Part shown: piece by piece, positions 10,878 through 21,200 of the stretch
Layout of the letters: every line of letters starts with the position of its first letter
How positions within the stretch are numbered: position 1 is the first letter of the stretch
Source of the DNA: Orbicella franksi
Lineage: Eukaryota
Reading direction: 5' to 3'
NCBI GenBank assembly: GCA_964199315.1
Contig: OZ116700.1
Location: forward strand, 28,706,001-28,770,000
Length of the DNA: 64,000 nucleotides
Notes under the pieces: generated by a model
Seen by the model: the letters and a program-made list of their open reading frames with translations, nothing else
What the model was told of the DNA's origin: nothing
Database searches by the model: none
Made by a program: the position numbers and the translations under genes

Positions 10878-13800
10878 TTAGCTACTGAACAAGTTTGTTT
10901 TGAGCATGATGTTCACAAACTCCTCCTGATCAACTTCACTGTCGCCATCTTTGTCAGCTTCTTGTATCATTTCCTTGAGTTCCTGCTCATTCAACTTTAC
11001 CCCACAGAGTCTGGAAACTTGTTTCAGATTGGTCAATGAAATTTTTCCTGTTTTATCTGTCATGAAAGAAAAAGTTTGGTATTGCTGAGTAAAATACTGT
11101 CAGCAGTTGTAAGTTGGTTATGGTCCAAGCCACATTCAAATATTTTAAACCCTCCTATATGCTAGTTTCATGCACAGCCATTATTAGGGTCATCAAGCAA
11201 CGCTTCTTGTTGCAGCTATGGAAGAGACTAACTCCATGCAGACACCTGATCTTTTTTGAAAGTGAACTCTTATAGCAAATTCCTTTGTACAATAACATGA
11301 AACCTGACAGTACTTTACAACTGAAAAAGCTTAACTTACAAAAGAAGAGTTAACATGATTTGTTACATATAACAGTACCCAACTAGACAATGTACACAAC
11401 ACATTTTTTCATCGTCTTAACATAAAAGGCCTTTTGCAACAGATGGTCATATGGTACAATGTATAATATCAGCCATGCTGGAAGGCATTATACATGTATG
11501 CACTGGGACATAAAAACACAAGGTAAAGTCAAGCTTGACTGATTGAAATTGCTTTGTTTTGGAGGCTGTCACATTCGTTTGCCCTCCAGAATGGAACATT
11601 TTCTGCCATGTGGCTGTTTGTTGCAAAAGGCCTATTTTCACTTCTGCCCTTAAAGTTGTCAAAAAAAATATTGCTACATAACAGTTACAGTGATTTGGTG
11701 TTGGCCACTCACCTGTATCAAACATCTTGAAACCCTAGGAATAAAATAATATTGTAACATGACAAGTACGTACAATACCCAAGATTTTATGTGCTCAAAA
11801 AACTGATACCATGAATCAGGGAAGATTGAGTTTGAACAAAAAAGAAGGGGAGAGCAAATAATTTAATATCAAATTATGCAATTTTTAACTTTGTTTCTGT
11901 TGACTCCCCACAAATCCATTTCTGTGGCACATGGCAAGAACTTTCTGAAGTATCTAGTCTCCCACAAATGAACCCTTCCCTCCTCATAGTTTACTACCAG
12001 AGGTTATTACCACAAGGCTGAAGTGGAAACCTGAAGTGGATCTCATCTGCAAATACACTAACCATTCTACACATTCTCACTTTTGTCCATGTGTGATAAA
12101 TAAAATATTGAGGCAATGTAAATTTCACACTAGTCTTTTTAAAAAGATTTTCACAAAAAAAATGGATAAAAAATGTTATATATTTAATAAATTAAGAATC
12201 ATATAATTTATGCAGATACCGGTACCTGCACAATTTCATTGTGTACATCTCTGCCATCCCCTTGTCTGGCAATTATAAATTCCAAAAACTCATCAAATTC
12301 AATTGACCTGTAGGGAATAAAATGTTGAACAAAATGAAACCATCATGATCAATGAATTTTCCAATCTGTTTTTATTTATTAATTGCTTATTAATTTTCAT
12401 TTTGTGGATTCAACATAATGACCAGCTCACAGTTGGCTTGATAGCTCAGTTTGAGCACTGCACTGGTATTGCAGGGTCATGGGTTTGAATCCCATTAAAG
12501 CCTGCATTTTTTCAGGCTTTATCACCACTACTTAAATTTTGTATTTAACTGTGATGGTCTTTCTTCTTAAGAATTAAACCTTTATTCTGCAGATCAAAAA
12601 ATTAATTATATTCTATTTCAAACAAACTTCTGTTGAATGTTGTAACTTGCAAAATTATGTTATCCACTGGATTGCCAGGTAGCTTTGAAACACTATGTTC
12701 AGACTGCGTCATATACAACGCATACAACTGAAAACACATTAAATTATCTGTAACATTGTTGGATATCTTCAAAACACATTATTATAAGTAAAACCCTACC
12801 CTGATTTGTCAATATCCAAGTCAGCTGGAATTAAAGAAAAAAAGGTCTCAAAGTAAGTTTGGTAGTATATGAAAATGTTTTCATAAGCATCCTTTACCAC
12901 ATCTGTAGGGTATAACACAGACATCCAGGGAGGATGTTACTTTGAATGGTTGGTGGGGCTGTGCTGCAAAGAATCACAAATTCTTGCTTTAGCGTGGTTC
13001 TTTCCACCTTGAATTCTCGAACCTTTTGCTGGAAAGTCTCAGAGTCTCAAGTGTAACGATGTAAATAAAAGTCTCAGATTGATTTAAAAAGATGATTGGT
13101 ACAAAGCATTGTTATAATTAGTAAGAGTCTTTGATCATCTAGAAGTATGTGTATCAAACTAGTACTTTGCAAACTGTAAAGGTGGGAATTATAAAGTTAA
13201 CTAGGCCCTCTCTGGTGTATTATTGTTCATGTAATATTTACATATACATAGCACCTTTTCTGTTTTGTCACATTTAGAACTGAGTATTGTGTTTACCTAT
13301 CATGTCCTCTATGGATTCCCTTGAAATCTTAAATCCTAATGCCCTCATAGCCTTCCTGAGTTCTCGGGCATCAATTGACCTACAAGTTCAACACATTTAT
13401 GATATCCCACAGTCAACCACATACATGTAAACAACAAATGATTTGTAATGAGAAGCTGTTGAATTTCAAGAAGTCAACTATAAAAATTATGTATTACTAA
13501 GCTACTGCATACCACAAGAACACAAGAACTACAAGTTATAAATAACTTACTAGAGAAAAAAAGTTTCTACAGAGTTCCTCAAACACTCATTTACTAGTTA
13601 GGGAGCAGCATTAAAAACAAGTGAAAAAAATCAGGCTTCGGGTGAGGAGCTGGCCTCCACCTCTCTATCTACTCACCTGCATTCTTTTCCTGTTGAAAAC
13701 ATTTCAAGGATCTTCAAGAGGATCTTGATGATTCTCAATCAAGATCTGCAAACATCTTGCTCAAGAATCTTTTAATTAGGATCTTTCCATATTCTTGTCA

Positions 13801-15341
13801 GTATTTTAAGAGATCTTGACCAAGATCCTTGAAAGTAATGTAGGCCCTTAAAGGTCTCAGAGATTCTCAAAGAACCTAACAGGTACATCAGGGTGCATTT
13901 GTCTTATTTTTGGTTTACTTCCCAGCTATGAAAAAATGCCACTGTAACAGACCATTACAGTATGACTGAGCTTAATGCTAACTACTAACTATGCTACCAA
14001 AAAAATAACATAAAAAGCACTATGCTACCAACTATTTTATCAAATATGTTATCAACTACTTTCAATAAAATAAATCCTATAAACATGCAGAATGTACATA
14101 ATTATGTAATTAATGTTTCTTATGAGCTTTATTACTGTAGCAAATGCTGTACAGCTCATTGGAAGTCTCTGGTTTGGTGGTCAGAGCACCCAAACAGGGT
14201 CTCAGAAGTTTTGCTTTGTCCAAAATAAAATTACCTGCTGCTAAAGAGTACTTACCCACTCTTATCGGTGTCAAACACATCAAAAACAAGCTTCAGATCT
14301 CTAATCTCCTGTGGTGTAAGTTGTTCATATGCTCTTGAGGTGACTTTGCCCTTCATGAATCTCCTCTTATTCCGTAGCTCACCATCAAACAAGGCTTGAG
14401 AAAGCTACCCAATACATAAAAACAGAAGAATTACCATGATGTGCGATGAGACCATTGGTTCAATTATGAATCTTGCTGTTAAAAATAGCAACCTCATCTG
14501 TTTTTTTAACCTCATCTGTTTAAGGGTGACAGAGCCACCTTAACATTGTGAAAACAGTCTGGTTCACACTTATAAGGAGATATTTCTAAAGTTTGGTTGA
14601 ACTTTTGCTTGATTTTACACAGGCTGGTGCAAAGTCTGGCTTACATCTAAGGTAAATCACAAACACCTGAACACGTTGACATATTGACTGGGCATGACCA
14701 ATAAGGTGGTAGATTAATGGTAGATTAAACCGCAGGCCTGGAGTAATTCATTTATGTCCCTTCTGTTCTGGATTTCGCTGATGACACAAAAAGATCCCAG
14801 AAATAAATAATTAAAATTCTCATCTAAACATGAAGATTTTTACAATATCAGAGAACAAACACAGAAATGCTGTTGTTTCTGACTAATGATTCATCTGGTT
14901 GATAAATTTTAAGATCAGGAATTTGTCATCTGAGTATTCTTTATTTTCCAATATTTTTTTTCCTTTTTTTGTTCTGTATAAGGCCCTTCTACAATTGTGC
15001 TACTGAAGGAGACGGCTGAAATTCAAGGCAGGATAGCTCCAAAAATATTTCTCAATCCTCTGTCAACATTGGCTAAATTAAGCTTAATTGAGGGCTAATA
15101 TAATTAGAGTCGACTGTCGGAACAAAGGAATTACAACGAAGGTATCAACTTATTTAGCACTCACCCTTTCTCTCGATGAAATGCCACTTCGACTGCTACC
15201 TGCTACGCTGAGTGTCTCAGAAGCCATTTGCTGTACCATGGTTTTGTTTGGGACATTTCCCAGCTGCAGAGAACTTTCACGATCATCTGCAGACTTGCTT
15301 GTTTTCTTTTTGCCCTTTTTCTTGCCCGCTTTTTTCGGCAT
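10878..15341 (-). CDS. Centrin/caltractin-like four-EF-hand protein with Lys-rich N-terminal extension (238 aa, 7 exons)
   Basis: Exons 15341-15165, 14404-14256, 13379-13297, 12824-12800, 12307-12226, 11734-11713 and 11056-10878 are all GT-AG and total 717 nt in frame. EF loops are DTDKSGSIDARE, DIDKSGSIEFDE, DTDKTGKISLTN and DKDGDSEVDQEE. Centrin-type motifs include ELRKAMRALGF and GKISLTNLKQVS...ELKEMIQEADKDGD. Confidence 0.87.
12415..12570 (+). mobile_element. tRNA-derived SINE (degenerate) in a centrin-like gene intron
   Basis: A-box-like GATAGCTCAGTTTGAG and B-box-like GGGTTTGAATCCC, followed by the body AAGCCTGCATTTTTTCAGGCTT. Confidence 0.65.
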
Positions 15342-15559
15342 AATGAGTTAAAAATACGTCCAAAGTATCTCACGTGGACATCTCTCACAGAAAACTCGGT
15401 AGCAAAAACGATTACGAGGATTAGAAAAGAGATCAGATCAAGGAGAAAAAAACTAAACCGTCCGCCATATTGTTTACTTCGTTGTCACGCAGTTACACTC
15501 GATCCAGTTCGCTCTCAAATTTTGATCAATTTTGGGCAACCGGACATTTTTTTAAAATT

Positions 15560-17010
15560 TTATTTACTTATTTATTACAATTTAATGGCAATTAAATCTA
15601 AGTCTAAAGGCATACACAAACAGGCAAAGCCATAAGGATAATCTGTAAAAGAGTGGAACACTCCATGCGAGACAGATCACCATGTAGCTAATCTAAATAA
15701 ATAATCATGTAATAACAATCAAGAAAAAAAAAATTAAATCAAATATTCATTCCTCACTTAAAAACTTCTTCATTCCCGACTTAAAAACTGCCCAACTAGG
15801 AGATAACCTAATATCTAAGGGTATCGAATTCCACATCTCCACAATTCTATTAAAATAAGTGTTTTTAAAAGTAGTCGTTCTATCTAAATTTGTCTTCAAG
15901 GAGTAGTCATCAACATGTCTAAACCTGTGCGCATCATCTTGAGAATAAAAGTTCAGAAACGGAAATACATCCACATTCAAGTATCCATTTAAAGCCTTAT
16001 ACAAAAATGTGACATCAAAAAGATAGCGCCTCTTTTCAAGCGAAAGCAGATTAAGACATTTCAGGCGCTCGTCATAGGTAAAATTCCTTCTTCCGAGAAT
16101 AAATTTTGTTCCCCTCCGTTGTATGCGCTCAAGCTTGTCAATGTTTCTTGCGGTGTGTGGCGACCACACAACTGATCCATATTCCACTTGCGATCTCACC
16201 AACGTGCAGTACAGCACCTTTAGGGTTTCGATGTCCTTCCAACCTCTACAAGTTCTTCTAAGTAGGCCTAAAATTCTATTAGCTTTATTTGTAATGGCAT
16301 CTACATAAGAGTTCCAAGAAAGATGATGGTTAGTAAACAAACCAAGGTCGTGGAACTCATAAACTTCCTCTATGAGCGATTCATTTAGGGTGAAACTAGA
16401 TCTGAATGGTTGTTTCTTCTGGGTAATGCGCATCAACTTGCATTTCTTAACATTGAAGGTCATCCTGTTGTGTTGACTCCAGGTACACAAACTATCTAGA
16501 TCATCTTGAAACATCGTTAGATCACTTGGACAGTTTACCACCCTAAACATCTTGCAGTCATCTGCATAAAGTGCCACAGAACTTTCTTGACTGACCACCT
16601 CAGGCAGATCACTGATGAAAATAATAAAAAATAGGGGACCCAAAATGGACCCCTGCGGCACGCCAGATGGAATATTCAGCCAGCTAGAACATTTTCCATC
16701 AACCACGACTCTTTGTTTACGATTCGATAAATAGTCACCACACCAGGCAAGCAGCGACCCTGATATTCCAAAGTTACACAATTTATGCAGAAGAATTTTG
16801 TGGTTCACGCGATCGAACGCCTTAGCAAAGTCCAAAAACACAGCATCTACCTGAAGGCCAGCATCCAGTGCTTTGCTCCACATATGGTGAGTAAGGACTA
16901 GCTGAGTTATACAGGAACGCCCTTTCACAAAGCCATGCTGCCAAACAAAATTTTATTCCACCTCGCAGCCAGTCCCATATAGATGCTTTTTCAGGGCAGG
17001 AATAATTCTG
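15560..17010 (-). mobile_element. 5'-truncated CR1/L2-type LINE (ORF2 reverse transcriptase and 3' UTR)
   Basis: Uninterrupted ORF 16928-15747 with (WQHGF)VKGRSCITQL, DFAKAFDRVNH, GVPQGSILGPLFFIIFISDL and YADD, ending in FNRIVEMWNSIP. The 3' UTR ends in AATAAATAAGTAAATAAA near 15580-15560. Confidence 0.9.
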
Positions 17011-18009
17011 GTCGTCGTAATTGAAACTTCTCCTGCAAGGTGAGCTCTTTAACCGATAAACAATGAGAGAAATAAAGTAAGTTGGGCAGCTATATTCCTA
17101 AAACCACTACATTTCATATCACACTTCACTCAACACCCTAACACGTTAGCCTAAATTACATTGAAACTTTTTATTATTGGCCTTATTGAGGCAATACAAA
17201 TCCACATGTATATGTCTTGAGTTGGAAGCTTCACTAACCAATATGGTTTTGAAATGTGATGAGTAGCATTGAAAACAAACAGTCGCCGCCGACTGTGGTT
17301 GCGGCAGAGGTGCCCCAAAAGAGGAAAGCTTTACTCACCGCTGACCATCGCGCGGTGCTCCGCACTGTCATAATACTAATCAAGTAATTATTGAAAGGAA
17401 GCTAGATAGAAAGCTTGTCTGAGGGTGAAAAGTTGCTTTTAAAATTCTCTGAACCTGCTCGGTCATTTACTACGACATTACTAAGAGTATCCCAAACGGA
17501 AAATCTAGACGGCTACAACTGTAGGCGGGTTCTGCCAACACAGGCAAATGCTTAGTTTTTTCCTAGCACATAAAGAAGGAACTTACCGAACAAAACGCTA
17601 TTTGTTCTTTTTTGCGTTCTAAACTATGCGGAAGCTTACGTGTAATATACTTGAATAAAAAAGGAACTTATTTTAATCATAATTTTCTAAGTAAAAATTT
17701 CGTCTCTTTTTCGCCTTTAACCATGTGCAAGCTTTGGCCTTCACTTGAGTGATTTCTTGGAGGCTAAAAATAAAAACAAGCAAAAAATGCAACAATTTAG
17801 GCTACGATGTCAGTTTGATTATTGCTGAACGTATTCCCTCGGTTGTAGAGTACTATAAATAGTGCCTCTCTATCCCCACCCCCTGTTTCCCCAAGCGTGT
17901 TTTATGTTTTAGTGAGATTAAACTTGTATGATGAGTATAAAAACATCTAGACGTCTTGTTTTTTGTTGGTCACGTGCCAGTTTTGACGTCATATCACGTG
18001 CTGTAAGGG

Positions 18010-18275
18010 TTTTTCAAGGAGGGGGGAAGGTGGCTCGTACCTTGGGGTAGCAGAATCAATGGGACATGCTCCCAAAATGGTGCAATTTGAGACTTGGAAC
18101 CTAATAGAAAACCGTTTCACTAGAAATGCTAGAAATCACAATAAGGTACATGTCCAGAGAGTTTGCTTTTATTCAAGCCATAACATTCACAACCTTTCTC
18201 AACTTTTTTTTTATGTTTTGTTTCTCCAAAAGGGAATGGCTAGCCACCCAATCCGCCCCCTAAAGCCCCCCCTGG
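18010..18275. mobile_element. MITE-like element overlapping the 3' end of receptor copy A
   Basis: G-rich and C-rich ends (GGAGGGGGGAAGGTGGCT...; ...TAGCCACCCAATCCGCCCCCTAAAGCCCCCCCTG) with a partial inverted match. It has no counterpart in copy B. Confidence 0.5.
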
Positions 18276-21200
18276 TATTGTACTTACTTGTTAATAGACT
18301 ACGCGCATGTAGCTCATGCACTGTGCAGTCAGGATACGAAAGTTCAAACTGGTCTGTTTGTATGCCTTTGTCGCATCTTTCCTTTCTGTACTGGGCGTTT
18401 TGGCAGTGGTCCTCCTTGGCCACTACTCCTTGTTGACCTGTTTTAAGTATGGTATCAATAGCACCACTGTCTTGCACGGCGCCGGTGACAGTAGGCGTGT
18501 CCATTTGTCCTGTTTCCAGCTGTTCATTGACGACGTTACTTTCAGCCAAACCGTGCATTTCGTCTTGCAAATCGTTAAGAGGCAGAAGCAAAGCCAGACA
18601 GCAGGATAAAGAGCAGTGCGGATTTTTGCGCCATTCCGTGAGGTAACGATAGAGGATCAGTGTGTACTGAACTGAAAGCAAATGAGAAATAGAGACAGGT
18701 TTTCCATTACTCCCAGCAAAATAGTTTTAAAACTCTTTTTAAACAGCTAAAATAGTTCGTCTTCTGTGATTGGCGCGGTGATGATACTCAGTCAAGGGAT
18801 TGGTGACTAGTATTTCGACAACCTGGCCGGAAGTGATCACTGTCTCAGTCAAGTGAAAAAAAAAAAAAAAGTGAAAAGCTGTTTGTAAGTCGATGGTCCT
18901 TGGAATCGATATTTCAGATTTGCCCTGGTTATATTGGCCTCAAGACTCGCAAATAGTCAGCACTAGTCAGTTGATGTCAGTTTCGAAAACTCTATCGAAT
19001 CAAGTCAATGTCGTTCTGGATTAATTGAGGTCAGCGTTTTTTGCGTGGAATTTTTGAGGATGAATGTATTGTTTGTAAGGCTCTGGTAGATTCTAGAACC
19101 GGTTTTAACAGAGTTTTGAATGTATGGTTTTGTTCCCAACTTGAGTCTTGTAATCAATACCTTAAGACTTTGTTCTAAGTTTATTAATAATTCAAATACT
19201 TGAATGAATCCAATTGCAATTTTGAAAACGTTTTCACTCGTATATACTCCTTTCTTTGGCCATCGTAGCTTAACAAGAAATAACACGCTGGCGACTGCGG
19301 TGATAAACATGACGATAAAACGCAATGATGGAAAACAATTTTTTTGGTTTTCAATTATTGCGTTTTATTGTCATGTTTATCAACGCAGTTTGTGTTTCAT
19401 TTCTCGTATTTGAAATGATCATTGGGATCTCGACGCTGCTACAACCCAATGATTCATGTGTGATCCGTTTAGATGTGTTAATTCATTAAATTACAATATT
19501 CAGAGGGGAAGCGGCTTGAGCCTTAGCTGGTTTTCATGCGGGTCGTCTATCCTGGTCGAATTGGAGTTTGGTCAATGTTGGTTTTTCAGGACGGAGGAAA
19601 ACCGGGGAACCCGGAGAAAAACCCTCGGAGCAAGGCTAGAACCAACAACAAACTCAACCCACATATGACACCGGGGCGGATTCGAACCTGGGCTATCCCT
19701 GCTCCACGCATTAATAATAACAGGAGTATCCTACCAACAAGAAGGCCAATCACCGAAACGTTTGCTCCAAGTACCAGTATCCTGAATAGGACTGCGTCTG
19801 CGTATTGCTCGCCTGAGCTAAGTGTGTTCTCTGCTGGGATTCTACTGACAGCTCCAACAGCTAAGTTGACAATAGTAACGGCAAGAGATGTGGACATCAA
19901 TCTGTTCTCGAACGCGTCTTGCATGGGACGGATCCAGGAGAACAGCATTCCATACATCCCGGCGATAACCAGTGTTAAGCCAATGTAAGATCTGCTCTCT
20001 TGTCCCACCAGAATCAGAGCGGAGGTTAAGATCACTTTACGAGACATTTCAACAGGTTCCCAGTACCACGAGCGAGGTTTGTAGTTTTCAAAAAGAAAAC
20101 GCAATCCTGTGATCATTTCCATGCTGGGGCCTGGCTTATGGCAACTTTCTGCACCTTTTGAAGCAAACAGTACCCTTCTTTGTCTCCACAGAGCGACGAA
20201 TGAGGCTGCAGGAAGAGCAATGACATAGACAGCGGCTATGTACGCCCCCATGAGTAAATACTGGTACTTTGAACCTTGACATTTTGTCATGTAATCTGCC
20301 TTCAGGTACCTATGACAAAACACTTCGTTTCCATCTCGGCAAAGGTCTTGGCAAGCAAGAGGCAGAACAGCGGCTGTCTTAGAACACGTGCTCAGGTACG
20401 TCACGTAGAGGACGAAAAACAAGTTTTTATACACCAGCTCTTTTGTCTGTGATATCCTTCTCGACTTTTCTTTGACTTCCAAGATTCGGCTTTTCAAGAT
20501 GAGCGCTTTTCTTATTCCGTAATAGATGCCAGACAAGCAAATAACCGCAGCGTTTATTGCCATCATCGCAAATAAGCTTCCAAATGCATCGAGCTGTAGG
20601 CCTGTGAAAAGGCATTGAATGGGTGCAATCTGAAGTATGTTCAACTGTAATACTCCCGAATACTTAGCGATACCCTCCAAGGAATCTGGCCACTTAATGT
20701 ACGAGAATACCTCAAGTAAGCCGTAAGTAACCTGATAAAAGCCAATTACGATTTTGAGTTTGGAGAAAAACATGTCTATGAGTGGCAGTTCTCTGGCCTT
20801 CTTATCTTTTCGTTTGTTTGTCCAAGCCAATAATGCGATGATTATGAATAAAATGACAGTGATGATCGACAACTGCGCCACAATCCACTTCTTTGATGGA
20901 CATTTTGTGCAGATCTGTAACTGCTTATAACATCCTGAGCTGCACACCGCACAAAGTGGACCTTCGTAACCAATCTCACATGGGGAATCCAAACCACCCT
21001 TGCAAGATCCCTCAACCGGGCATTTGTAAGGCGTAGGTATCGGATGAGGAAATCGTACGCTGAAAACATCCAATGCTGGTGAAGATGACAACATATTTGC
21101 AATAAAAAATCTGTAACGCTCTTTATGTGTCTCATTTCGCCATTCCCACCAGTGACCAGATTTCAAAGAAGCATAATCGTCTTTGCATTCCAGTCCTCCT

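Noticed and set aside
15088-15635. Plus-strand ORFs 15088-15351 and 15228-15635
   Set aside because: They are antisense to centrin-like exon 1, its promoter and the LINE tail, and have no protein-like features.
19586-19734. Hydrophobic C-terminal extension of the 555-aa ORF
   Set aside because: It is intron read-through into an antisense SINE. A phase-1 donor at 19734 joins correctly to the tail exon, as in copy B.
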